DNA from: Prorocentrum cordatum | Taxonomy: Eukaryota | NCBI GenBank assembly: GCA_963575745.1 | Contig: CAUYUJ010000259.1 | Span: forward strand, 558,001 to 622,000 | Direction: 5' to 3' | DNA length: 64,000 nucleotides | Part shown: positions 39,301-50,148 of the stretch, piece after piece | Numbering within the stretch: the first letter of the stretch is position 1 | Layout of the letters: every line of letters begins with the position of its first letter | Translations under genes and position numbers: made by a program | Notes under the pieces: generated by a model | The model's input: only the letters and a program-made list of their open reading frames with translations | Databases searched by the model: none | Told to the model about the DNA's origin: nothing

Positions 39301-40025
39301 TGCGTTCTGAGAACATTGTGTTTTTCTTAGGACATGTTGGGGTTCTAAGAGCATTCCGTGGTAGGCCTGTAGACATGCCGGGACGGTCGGTCCCTGCTCA
39401 AGAGGCAGCCTGTCATAGTCCACGGAGACCTGAAGGACTCCAACGTCTTCGTGGAGGAGCGGCGCGGCAGGACACCGCTTTTGTTTGTCTCCCTTGGCGA
39501 TGCCCCGGGCGTGCCTCACAGTGGTACGGGGGGATGGGGGGGAGGGCGCCCGCCACGTCACGGTTCCCGCCAGCGGCGTCTGGGAGTGCTCATGCCAACT
39601 CCCAGACGGGGCCGGCGCGAGTCGCGAGGTGACAGGAGGGGTGCGTGAGGCGGGGCGGGTCACGGCAGTGATCGCGAGCATCGCAGGATCCTGCAGGATC
39701 CTGCAGGATCTCGCAGGATCCTGCAAGGCCCGACGGACCCGGGCTTGGGTTGACCCGGGCCAGTGCGTCCCCGGGAGTGATAGAACAACGGGCTCTATAG
39801 GGGGGGCCAGATCTGGTACCACGCCAAGCTGCTCGACTTCGGGCTCTCGCGCCTCGTCACCCGGCGTGCCGTGCCCCTCGGCGGCACGCTGCGCTGGATG
39901 GCGCCCGAGCTGCTCACGGGGGTGGCCGTCCCCCCCGCCGCGGCCGCCGACCTGTACTCTTTCGGGCTGCTGGCCTACTTCATCGTGACCGGGCGCCGTC
40001 CTTTCGAGGGCGCGAGCAGGGACAG
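29404..40025 (+). CDS. Multi-pass membrane protein kinase (TKL/Raf-like domain), at least 12 exons; 3' exons (subdomains X-XI) not securely located
   Basis: The spliced product has ~6 hydrophobic helices, then RFQAEFELS, EHWLIGSGEV, LGVGGFG, VAVK, NELRVLRRIRHPNI, HGDLKDSN, DFG, GTLRWMAPE, ADLYSFG, TGRRPF. All exon phases are consistent with no stops. Start codon uncertain. Confidence 0.9.
30207..30290 (+). CDS. Kinase gene exon 2 (TM helix)
   Basis: cag|G ATG ATC CTC.. = MILFPMEVIAVLAYTVPALLLGSPAMN. Confidence 0.85.
30343..30540. repeat. (CAT)n microsatellite inside intron 2
   Basis: Direct inspection. Confidence 0.97.
30610..30793. repeat. ~92-bp tandem duplication
   Basis: tcggcactgtgcc...ctaagaaacccgcgtggaccttgggaagctca occurs twice. 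Confidence 0.9.
31480..32260 (+). repeat. AT-richer dispersed repeat, copy nested in intron 2
   Basis: Homologous to 26765-27250. Confidence 0.75.
32437..32457 (+). CDS. Kinase gene exon 3 (21-nt micro-exon, MVPYNVMG)
   Basis: Lies exactly between the right TIR/direct repeat of intron 2 and the left direct repeat/TIR of intron 3; keeps the frame. Confidence 0.8.
33650..33704 (+). CDS. Kinase gene exon 4 (LLLLTVFAAIGRRSFERQ)
   Basis: AG|G acceptor, GA donor. Confidence 0.85.
33870..34116. mobile_element. Palindromic MITE with AGGCCT termini and CATCGCCGATG core; copies at 36570-36750 and 45649-46124
   Basis: ~45-bp TIR aggccttctagatggggtcggagtagatggggtcggaggatcgcgc. Confidence 0.85.
34147..34242 (+). 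CDS. Kinase gene exon 5 (ERLLFAGLLLEKQMRFQAEFELSK..); 3' end at 34242 (GC donor) or 34218
   Basis: Direct repeat CAGGAGC at the acceptor; coiled-coil-like sequence. Confidence 0.8.
34457..35700 (+). mobile_element. 5'-truncated LINE 3' end encoding RNase H and C-terminal Cys motifs, inside intron 5
   Basis: FGDASGG..DPRLRR, QTVARGEL, TDN, NADLW, VHSH, GNAAADKLA; open frame to TAA 35649; visibly lower GC than its flanks. Confidence 0.88.
36865..36914 (+). CDS. Kinase gene exon 6 (AAVVSDRGSDEVSCPGT)
   Basis: AAG|G acceptor; GA donor with direct repeat GACCA shared with 37944. Confidence 0.7.
36942..37132. mobile_element. MITE with TIR GGGGCGGC.AAGAGGGGG; related pieces at ~31190-31222, ~41577-41660 and ~46125-46310
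   Basis: The ends are reverse complements. Confidence 0.7.
37655..37868 (+). repeat. Dispersed ~215-bp repeat (second copy 45664-45880, nested in an AGGCCT MITE)
   Basis: Shared gttctccgaggatgtc.cgggcgg.tgggg..gtccca..ccgtg.ggtgacggacc..caccacacg.ttttgggac. Confidence 0.8.
37944..38055 (+). CDS. Kinase gene exon 7 (..SLDQIRSIGQREHWLI)
   Basis: cag|G acceptor; pre-kinase WxI motif. Confidence 0.85.
38388..38512 (+). CDS. Kinase gene exon 8 (subdomains I-II)
   Basis: VLGVGGFGIV..VAVK. Confidence 0.92.
38727..38796 (+). CDS. Kinase gene exon 9 (subdomain III, alpha-C Glu)
   Basis: ELCNELRVLRRIRH; GC-AG intron 38513-38726 with direct repeat GAGGC. Confidence 0.9.
38948..39165 (+). CDS. Kinase gene exon 10 (subdomains IV-VIa)
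   Basis: PNIAFLYG..LVLEFVDG..LRYLHS. Confidence 0.92.
39405..39470 (+). CDS. Kinase gene exon 11 (catalytic loop)
   Basis: IVHGDLKDSNVFV; GC-AG intron 39166-39404. Confidence 0.92.
39801..40025 (+). CDS. Kinase gene exon 12 (subdomains VII-IX); 3' boundary approximate
   Basis: AKLLDFGLSR..GTLRWMAPE..ADLYSFG..TGRRPF; GA-AG intron 39471-39800. Confidence 0.92.
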
Positions 40026-40319
40026 GGTGCCAGTCCTCAAGATTGGTTTGTATGCCACACCCTCCCCACCCCGGTCAGATTCCACCACCCGCGGCCACAG
40101 TCAGTATTATACAACCACCACGCCCCATGCAGATACGTCTAGACGCTTCGCGTAACCCCACCAGCCTGTCGCGGCCCGACTAGTGTTCGGGCGGCTTTCG
40201 ACCTGCTTCGCGAGCCCGCAGACCAAAAAAGTAACCCATCAGCCCATCCAGAAACGATGCCCAAGGGAATTGCCTCGATCAGGGAAGTGGGCGGCACACA
40301 GAGGAAGGGTCCCCCAGTG

Positions 40320-43300
40320 GAGGCCTCTTTGAGCGTCTTGGGGGCCTCTGGGCGGTCCAGGACGCTTGTAGAGCGTCTTGGGTGCCTCGGAAAGCTTCTT
40401 GGGGCCTCTTGGAGGTTTCTGGGGAGCCTCTTGGAGGCCGTCTAGGCGCCTCTTGGGGCCTCTTAGGGCCTCTTGGGGCCGTCTGGGCGCCTCTTGGGGT
40501 CCTCTTGGGAGCCTTGGGAGCGCTCTTGGAGCCTTCTTGGGCCATCTTGGAACCATCTTGAGACCTCGGATGGCCATCGGAAGCGAAAAGGCGAGACAGC
40601 CAAACATTAGCCTGGCGACGGGCCCTACCGCAAGTATAAATCTAATCTTCGCCCGCGCTCCCTATGGGGCCACGAACCGTGTGAGGGGCGTGCCGACATG
40701 CGCGGCGGGGCACACAACGCGAGCGAAGACGGTAGGTCTGTGTGCGAGAGACTGAGAGCGCGTTTGTCTGATTGTGGATGGGTTTGCGCGCGTGAATCTA
40801 CGTGCGTAAAAAATCGACGCCCATGTCGGCGCGCCTCTCACGAGGATCGCGCCTGTTTCCTTCCCGTTATTTAATCGCTTCGCTCATTCCGCCGGCCCGT
40901 ATTGTGCCATCGCAGGCGTTTGCTTGCGCGTTCGTGGCCTCTTGGAGCCTCGGTGGGGCCGTTTGGGGCCTCTTGGCGCCTCTTTTTAGGCCTCTTGGAG
41001 AACTCGGGAGGCCTCCAGGGGGCCTCCTGAGCTCTCGTGACGGTCTCTTGGGGGGCTTTCGGCGGGCTCTTGGCGGTATTTGTTGGTCCTCTTGGGGCCT
41101 GGGGCCTGACGTTGTTGGTCCTCTTGGGGCCTCACGGGAGCTTATTGGGGCGTCTTGGGGGTGTCTTGGAGAGTCTCTTGGGGCCTCTTTCGGGGTCCTG
41201 GGCGCCTTCTGGGGCGGAGGGCTCGATTTTTCAGTTCTCGGTTTCCTTCTTGAGCCCCTCTTGGGCCTGTGAGGACCCGCTGTTCAAGATGCACATCGCG
41301 GGGGCGACTAAAGACAGGCGTGGTGATGCTTCGTTGTTCTTGGCATCGTTCTATCAGGGGCACTTCAAGGACCTGCCGAAAGAGGCTGCCCGAGAAGTGC
41401 GAGATCCTGTGTCCGTCCACAGCCCTGCGGCTGACGAGACCTGCCGTGCTTGCCGCGGGGAGCCGTGCACGAGCGGTGTGGCGCCAGGACGTCCGACTTG
41501 CCCGAGGGTCGGCGGACGCCTCGCCGACCGCCTCTGGCCTGATATCAAGATCGATGGGCCACGAGGCGATACGCGCGGGCGGCAGAGAGGGGGGTGATGA
41601 CTAGGGGGACGTCATGGCGGGGGCCATGATATCTCCCCAGATTTCGTGGCGCCTCTTCTGATTTCACTGCGTCCCTGGATCTCCCCCTAGGCCGCGTCTT
41701 GGGGCCTCTTGGTCCGCCTTGGGCAGCACTTGGGCCGTCTGGGAGGCGCTCTTGGGCCGCTCCGGGGCCGTCTTGGGAGCCTCGTGGGCCGTCTTGGAGC
41801 AGTCTTGAAGGCCTCTTGAGCCCTCTTGGAGCGTCCGGAAGCGAAAAGGCCAGAACGCCAAAAAACATCGAACAAAACCAATGAAAATCAACGATGTTGG
41901 CAACTTGGGGCCCTCTTCGGAGGCCTCTTGGAAGGCCCTTGGAGCGTCTTGGAGGCCTCTTGGGCTGTCTTGGGGCCATCTGGGGCGTCTTCGGGCGATC
42001 GTTGGCCGTCTCGGGCCTCTCTTGGACCGTCTAGAAAGCTTCTCGGGGCCCTTTTGGACCGATCTGGAGCCCTCTTGGACTCCGAAACAGAACTCCGGCA
42101 TCTCTGACCCGACCTTGCCGGGGTACTTTTCGCCCGGGGACCCCCAGGGGCCGCCCCGCGCGCGCGAACTAGAAATATTGTTAACCAGGCGCCGGAGATC
42201 TTAGCACGCCCTGGCCCGTTGGGCCGGCGAATTTTTCTCCTTGTTTGTCCGTGCGCGCCCACGTCCAAGGGTGCGGGCGCGGCGCCGCACGGAGCCCCCG
42301 CGACTCGCGCAGGTCGCCCCGAAGGGGTCCCGGCGACGCGCGCGGGTCGTCCGCTGCGCGGGGCAGAGCGAGCGAGCAGGCTGGCTCCCGCCTGGGATGC
42401 GCGGCCCGAAAGCGGCCTCAACACGTCGAATACGACGAAACACTTCCAGAAACCGAAAGTCGCTGCTATGCGAACTCTTCCACTGGGCCGCCACACGATT
42501 TCCGCCACAGAGACCTTAGACGGAGCTCCCTATGGGGACACGAAACGTACGAGGGGCGCAATGGGGCCACGAAGTGTGTGATGGGGTGTGCCAGAATGGG
42601 TCGGCGGCGCCATGCGGGCTGCGCCAGTGTGACCGTCGGTGGAGCTACCTATGGGGCCACGAAGCGTGTGAGGGGTGTGCCAAAATGGGGCGGCGGCGCC
42701 ATGCGGGCTGCGCCTTTAGGGCCTTAGGTGGAATTTCATTATGGGGCCACGAAACGCTGTACTGAGTGGATGAAACGCAGGGAGGAGGTTGGGTGGGGGA
42801 GGAGGAAAAAGGAAGGAGGAGGAGGAGGAGGACGAACACGCGGGGACCGTCTCTTCAAAACGAGGACCCAACACCACAGGATGGTAGGGACAAACATTGA
42901 TATTCGCAAGGTGTTGGACAGATGTTGGCCTGTTCGGGGCCTCCTGGGGGGGGTTCTCTGGCCACTTGGAGCCGTCTTGGAACGGTCTTGGGGCCTCTTG
43001 GAGCATCGTGGGGGCAATCTTGAGGCATCTTCGGATCGATTGGGCCATCTTGGGGGTCATCCTGGGCTCCCCCAGGCGCTCCCCCCACCCCCCAGGAAAC
43101 CAACACGTGGCCAAACCAATCGTAAAATCAGTGATTCTTTGGTTTACGCCGCGCCGCCGGCCCCTTGGGGTTCCTGGTAGGTCTCTCGGGGGCCTCCTGG
43201 CAGCACTTTGAGACCTTTTGGGGGCCGTTTTGGGGCCGCTTTTGGGCCTCTGGCCCCTTGGGTGCTTCTTGGGGGCTGGATCTCGCGCCGCGCCTCTCGG

Positions 43301-44040
43301 GGGCCTCTGGAAGGCAGGTTTGGAGCCACTTGGGAGCAGTTTCGGAGCTTCTGGGGGTCTTTTTGGGGCCTCCTGGGTGCCTTTTGGGGGCTCCTTGGGG
43401 CGTTCTGGGGGCCTCTTGGGAACCTCTGGCGAGCCTCTTGGGGCACTTTTGGGGCCCCGCCCCCTTGGGCTCCTGGGGGCGGAAAGCTAGATGTTTTGAA
43501 TGTTTGGTCGCCCTCTGGGGCCCCTCTTGGTGCTGTCTTGGAGCCCTCTTGGGCCGTCTTGGGGACCTCTTGGGCCGTCTTGGGGCTACATTGGGCCGTC
43601 TTGGGGCCGTCTCGGGGGCCTCTTGGGGCTGTCTTCGGGGCCTCTTGGGCCGTCTTGGAACGTCGGGAAGCCGAAAAGGCGAAAAGGCAAAAAACCACAA
43701 AAAAAACACAATGGAAAATCAACCATTTTAGCCCCTCGGGGCCCTCTTGGGGGTCTTGTTTGGGACCTCTGGGGCTGTCTTGGAGGCCTCTTGGCCCGTC
43801 TTGGGGCCATCTAGGGCGTCTTGGAACGCTCGTTTAGCGTCCCCGGGCCCTCGTGGGCCGCCTTGGAACCCTCTTGGGGCCTTCTTGGCCCATCTTTGAG
43901 CCCTCTTGGGCCCGGAAGAGCCCGTGACGCGCTCGTCGGGCCCCCCCCCCCCCCAAATCGACCGGGCCGGGCTCCCGGGGGAGGGGTTTGGGGAGGGGGG
44001 GGGCATCTCACGCGCCGATGATCCCCAAGGGGCCGGCGGA
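40320..44040. repeat. Blocks of degenerate GGGCCTCTTGG/GGCCGTCTTGG satellite-like dispersed repeat, with interspersed elements
   Basis: 10-11-bp periodic motif; a conserved tail ccaaatcgaccgg.ccgggctcccgggg..catctcac.cgccgatga.ccccaagggg at 43950-44040 recurs at 61430-61520. Confidence 0.85.
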
Positions 44041-44467
44041 TTTTGATTATTTTCCAAGACTCTTCGTATGCTTCGTCGTTGTCGGTGCACCTCGTTCATT
44101 CCGTAGTTTTGCTTTGCGATTGGCGGGAAGCAGCCAGCGCATCGCGCCCGCGTGAAAGGGGGGGGGGGAAGGGCGGGGGCGAGGTGGAGCTCGGCCCAGA
44201 CCGGGGCGCGTGGCGGACAGAGGTAGCAGTCGCAGTCACGCTCCTGCGGCGTTCGGCTCCCCGTGCCCTGATGTGCCCCCTCCTCCTCCACAGTTCTTCA
44301 ATATGAACACTACTCTCCTCCTTCCCCTGATGACGGGTTGGGAGCGTTCGCCCCCGCCCCCCCTGCGTGCTGTTTTTTACACGCAGGATTCCCCGGAGTT
44401 GGGTTTTCGCCTTCATATGTTTTCAAAGTGCTGCATTCGCTGAGGCGCCGGCTTCATTTTCGGGCCT

Positions 44468-44620
44468 CGCTCGTTCCGAATCGTGCTCCCGCTGCAGTGC
44501 TGGCCTCATTTCCGTGCTTCCGCTCGTTCCGAATCGTGCTCCCGCTGCAACGTTGGCCTCATTTCCGCGCTTCCGCTCGTTCCGAATCGCGCTCCCGCTG
44601 CAACGTTGGCGTCATTTCCC
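44468..44620. repeat. 53-bp tandem repeat x3
   Basis: cgctcgttccgaatcg.gctcccgctgca at 44468, 44521 and 44574. Confidence 0.92.
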
Positions 44621-46514
44621 GTGCCATGCCACGGCGTGCAATGCAATTCTAGGTTGCGTTCCGTTGCGCGATGCCATGCCTTCAGCTGAAGCTGTGATAC
44701 GCAGCGCTTAAGTGCCGCGTCGTGCTATGCCAGGCTACGCTTAGATTTTCAACGCCATGCTATGCAATGTTACGTTCGGGGCCGCTGTGCGATATCATGC
44801 TTTGCGTTGCAAAGCTTTGTGATGCAATTCTTCACCACGCCACGCCACACCATGCTGTGACATACTACGCTTTGCGGTGCTCTTCTACGCCATGCCACGC
44901 CGTGCTCTACAATGCATCGCGTACCCTTTCGGGATCATTGCCCTGGTTGACATCCGACTGTGCGAACAGAGAGGGGATCTACGCCATGGTAAGGGATGGG
45001 AGGGAGGGGTGGGATGTCAGATATGACGCGAAGGCACTTAGCTTGTCGTCCTCTTCCTCCTCCTCCTCCTCCTCCTCCTCCTCCTCCTCCTCCTCCTCCT
45101 CCTCCTCCTCCTCCTCATATTCCTCCTCCTCCTCCTCCTCCTCATCCGCGTCCTCCTCTTTCCTCCTCCTCATATTCCTCGTCGTCCCCTCCTCCTCCTC
45201 GTCGTCGCCCTCCTGTCCGCTCAATCGTCGCGGCACCCAACCCAATGCCGCGGCGATTTAACTCCGCAGTTAAGTCTGTGCCTGGCTGGGACGCGCGGCG
45301 TGGGATTCACTTAACTCCGAAGTTAATTCGTGTACTAGCTGGTGCGTCCGCCAGCTTGGCGGCGACTTACCTCCGGAGTTAAGTTTTTCCGCGGGGTGGC
45401 CTTTACCCCGGAATCAGGCCGACTTAACTCCGGAATTCAGTCTTGGATAACCTCCCGGTTTCCGTCGCTTCCCTCCTCCTCCTCCTCCTCCCTCCTCCTC
45501 TTCCTCCTCCTCCTCCTCCTCCTCCTCCTCCTCTCCTCCTCCTCCACCTCCATCTCCTCCCCCCCCTCCCCCTCCTCCACCTCCTCCTGTTCGGATCGCC
45601 GGCGGCCCCAGGGAAAACCGTGCACCCCCTTTTGGTCGGCCAAGATCCGGGCCTCCCAGACCAGGGGACCCCCAAACGGGGTGGTGACCACACCGTGTGG
45701 TGAGTCGGTGGGGATTCGGAACCGCTGCGCGGTCTTGGGATTCGGGTCGTTCTCCGAGGATGTCACGGGCGGCTGGGGCCTCCAAGGTCCCAAAGCCGTG
45801 TGGTGACGGACCCTGTTGTTATGTCTTTTGGGATTTCGAGGTCACCGCCGGGTCTGTCACCACACGGTTTTGGGACCCCCAACAGATGGGGTCGGAGTAG
45901 ATAGGGTCGAAACGTCGCGCCGCATCGCCGATGCGTCGGCGATGCGGCTTGATGCCGAGCCTGTCTCTCGCCACGCCGACGGCGCCAACGCATCGCCGAC
46001 ATCGCCGGTGCATCGCCAATCCATCGTCGATGTATCGCCGATGCATCGGCGATACATCGGCGATGCATCGGCGATGCGGCGCGATCATTCGACCCCGCTT
46101 ACTTCGAGCCCATTTAGGAGGCCTCGGCAAGAGAGGGTGAGAGGGGTGATGACTATGTGTTGGTATCATGGCTGAGCGGAGATCTTCTTAGCTTTCATGG
46201 CCCCTCTTCTTCTTTTGAATGCGTCCCCCTGAGCCCCCCCTCGTCCGTGCAAATGCCTCGGGCCATGATTTGCGGACCCCCCTTGGGCGCCCCCCTCTTG
46301 GACGCCCACAGCCCCTCTGGCAGCGTCACGATTCGAGCACCCACCCCTTGGGACCCCCCCCTGACCCCCTTCTGGGCGTCAACCCTCTGAGGCCCCCTCC
46401 CCCCCGGCGGGGAAAGGATCAAAGAGAATGGGCTTCCTTTCGACTCAGCTACGACGTTGCTCGATGTCGGTTTGTCTGGTGCGCTTGAGGAGGAGGGCCC
46501 AGGGGAAGGGAACG

Positions 46515-46854
46515 GGGGACGACGGAGACGACGATTGACGGAGACGACGAGGAGACGACGGAGACGGAGACGACGACGGAAACGACGAGGAGACGACGGA
46601 GACGACACGGTGACGACGGCGACGAACGGAACAGCATCATCAACACGCCGACAGGGTCGGCGGATATCTCTTCTTGCGGAACGAATTCAACCTTTTAAAC
46701 CCAGTTTGCGAGCGAGGAGGAGGCGGAGGCGGAGGCGGAGGCGAAGGCGGCGGAGGAGCAGGAAGAGGAGGAGGAGGAGGCGGAGGAGGAGGAGGACGAG
46801 GAGGACGAGGATGAGGAGGAGGAGGAGGAGGAGGAGGAGGAGGAGGAGGAGGGG

Positions 46855-46896
<42 letters not shown>

Positions 46897-47756
46897 GAGG
46901 AGGACGAGGAGGAGGAGGAGGAGGAGGAGGAGAAAGAGGAGGAGGAGAAGGAGGACGAGGACGAGGACGAGGAGAAGGAAAAGGAGGACGAGGAGGAGAA
47001 AGATGATGGTGCTGATGCTGATGATGATGCTGATGCTGATGATGACGATGATGATGCTGATGATGATGCTGATGATGCTGATGCTGATGCTGATGTGGAT
47101 GATGATGATGATGATGCTGCTGACGATGATGATTACGCTGGTTATGATGCTGGTGATGCTGATGTTGATGATGATGCTGACGATGCTGCTGATGATGCTG
47201 ATGCTGATGATGATGCTGCTGATGCTGATGATACTGCTGCTGATGATGATGCTGATGATTATGACGATGATGATGCTGATGATGCTGATGCTGCTGATGA
47301 TGATGCTGGTGATGATGATGCTGCTGATGATGATGATGATGATGCTGCTAATGATGATGCTGATGATGATGACGATGATGACGATGATGATGACGATGCA
47401 GCTGCTGATGATGATGCTGATTATGATGCTGCTGATGATTCTGATGATGATGCTGATGATTATGCTGATGCTGCTGATGATCATGCTGATGATGATGATG
47501 ATGCTGCTAATGATGATGATGATGATGATGATGATGACGATGATGATGATGATGCTGATGTTGCTGCTGATGCTGATGCTGTTGCTGATGAGGATGATGC
47601 TGATGATGCTGATGATGCTGCTGCTGATGATGATGCTGATGATACTGCTGCTGATGATGATGATGATGCCCACGACGACGATGATGCTGATGATGCTGAT
47701 GATGCTGATGGTGCTGATGCTGATGATGATGCTGATGCTGATGCTGATGATGGTGG

Positions 47757-47809
<53 letters not shown>

Positions 47810-47810
47810 C

Positions 47811-47866
<56 letters not shown>

Positions 47867-48110
47867 TGATGATGATGATGATGATGCTGATGCTGATGTG
47901 ATGATGTGATGGGAGGCGGGGGGAGGGGAGGAGGAGGAGGAGGAGGAGGAAGAGGAGTTGGAGGAGGAGGAGGAGGAAGAGGAGGAGGGAGCAGGAGGAG
48001 GAGGAGGAGGAGAAGGAGGAGGAGGCGGAGGAGGAGGACGAGGATTTGGGAGGAGGCGGAAAAGCAGGGGGAAGATGAGCAGGAGGAGGACGAGGAGGAG
48101 GAGCAGGAAG
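46515..48110. repeat. (GAC/GAG)n and (GAT/GCT)n trinucleotide microsatellite complex
   Basis: Direct inspection. Confidence 0.97.
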
Positions 48111-50148
48111 TGAAGGACTCATGTTGGGGAGAGTCCAGCGCAGTTCAAGGTAAGAGTGCCCGTGCGTGCGCGCGCGTGCGGAAGAATTTGTATTGTTTGT
48201 GCGCGGGGGGGGGGGGGGAACAATGGAAGCAGGGAGTTACTGCTAGGAATCGCACGCCGCGTGCTCGCCAGGCTCAAGCAGCTTTGAGCTGCTACAGCAA
48301 ACCCCCCCTCTGCCCGGGCCTTTCCCCGGGAGGGCCGCCGGGGCGCGAGTGCGGTGGGCGATGAAGGCTTTACCGGTTGAGCCTCAATCAACCAAGGATT
48401 TTACCGGTTGTCGCAGGCCCACGGCTTCGATGGGAGATTCTACGGAGTCTCCCATCGGAGTCGTCAGCCCGGCTTCGGCCGCGGCGGGGTACAACCGAGT
48501 TTACCGGTTTTCCACAAAAGCCGTGGGTCTGCAGGAACCAAACCCTGCAATGCGCCGCTCTGCAGGAACCACGCCCTGCAATGCGCAACGCACACCCTGC
48601 AATGCGCCGGACCTTTGGCCGGCGCATGGAAGTTGTTGCTTCGGCAGTCGATTGTTGACTGCGACGGTCGGCGGCCCCTTCGTGGTGGCATCGAAGGTGG
48701 TCGGCACGACAGTCGGCGGAACGTGGCCCCGATGGTCGGCGGCAGTATAGGGGCGCCGTCAGCGCGGCGGCGCGATGGTCAGCGGAAAGTGCAGGCGTGG
48801 CGGAGACGGGGCCGTCATTATTTTGTATTGCATCGTCGGCAGAGAAGGAGGAAGCGCTCGCGAATTTTGAAAGTTCCGTCTCGGCGCGGCGGTCTTCGTT
48901 GCGGTTACGTTGTCGGCGAGTGTTGTCGTAGGAAGGGGTGAAATTTGCGTTTCTACGTGGACGTCGTAGAAGGGGGAAACGCTCGCAATTTTTTGAATTT
49001 ACGTTTTTGGCTATATTACGCCTTGCTAAGCGGTCGCGGGGTCGTCCTCATTCCCGATTACTTGGCAGTTGTAGAAGGGGGAACGCTCGCAAATTTTAAA
49101 TTCTGCGTTTCTGGGTGGTCTACGCCGTGAACAGAGGATCTCGTGGAGGTCGCGGCGTTCCTCCGCATGGGGTTCGCGGCGGACGCGACAGCGGCCGTCT
49201 TCTTTTGAGCAAGGAAGTCGTTGCAAGGGGGAACTCTCGCGAATTTCCAAATTTGCGTGACGGTCGCGTTCCAGCGTGATACGTAACCGCGGCATAAGGC
49301 TCCCGGCTTTCAGGTCCCACGGCCGGGCTACGCGTGTCGTTGCCGGGAAGAAAACTCTTGGTGGCTGGGTGCCGCGAGCGGGGGTCGCGCAGGATGTTCG
49401 TGGCGGGGTTGCCGATGCCGAGTCGGCAGTGGTACTGGGGTGCGATGTATCTAGCATTGGCCGTCATGAAAAATATGTGTTTACAAGTCGCGTGTGCGAG
49501 CCTGCGTGGGGGGCGGCGGCGCTTGCAAGCATCGCGAAGGTTTGCAACAGAGTGTAGAAACGACATGGCGTCACGGGGTGGCAGTCGCGAGCCGATAGAG
49601 AGACAAACTCCTCCAATATGTTCAGACGTGGCTGCGTGACGAGCGCGTGTTTGCGCGGGTGTAAGAAGCGAAGGGCGCGCAACAAGTCATGACAGCCGCG
49701 TTGCGGCATAGATGCAAGCTCGGCGACGTCCACGGCGTGTGCGCAGGAGCAGCAATATGGATGTCTACTAAACACGTTGTTCGCGTGGTCAGCGGGGGAG
49801 ATGTGCTCGCGCGCGACGCTGTAGAGGGAGAAGCAGAGCATGCTCCGCGGCTTCATTCTTCGGTTGGGGGTGGCACATCGGTGCCATCATCTAGGATCGC
49901 GCAGGTAGTGACGATTTGCGCGGACGGTGCAAGTGCACGTAGCGATGTGGCAGTGCAAGAGCGGCACCACACGGGAGGGGGGCGCAACCGTGCAGGACAT
50001 CCTGGCGAAACGCCCGAAAGAGAGCACATTGTTGGAGCTTGTGCGACCGGCTGTGTCAGAAGTGGATCTGGCGGCCGCTTTGCACGGCGACTCCGATCGC
50101 GTCGTGCTTGAGGATGGGACCTGGGCGTGCGCTCGAGAGCGGATAAAG

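Noticed and set aside
41420..41600. Candidate last kinase exon (CTSGVAPGRPTCPRVGGRL, subdomain XI-like spacing)
   Set aside because: No splice junction or terminal stem linking it to exon 12 was found, and it abuts repeats; left unassigned.
44468..45440. CRISPR-like arrays
   Set aside because: The 53-bp units are full tandem repeats and the 16-bp palindromes are too short; no cas genes; eukaryotic context.
46457..47901. Long poly-Met/Asp/Ile/Arg ORFs
   Set aside because: Artefacts of GAT/GAG trinucleotide microsatellites.
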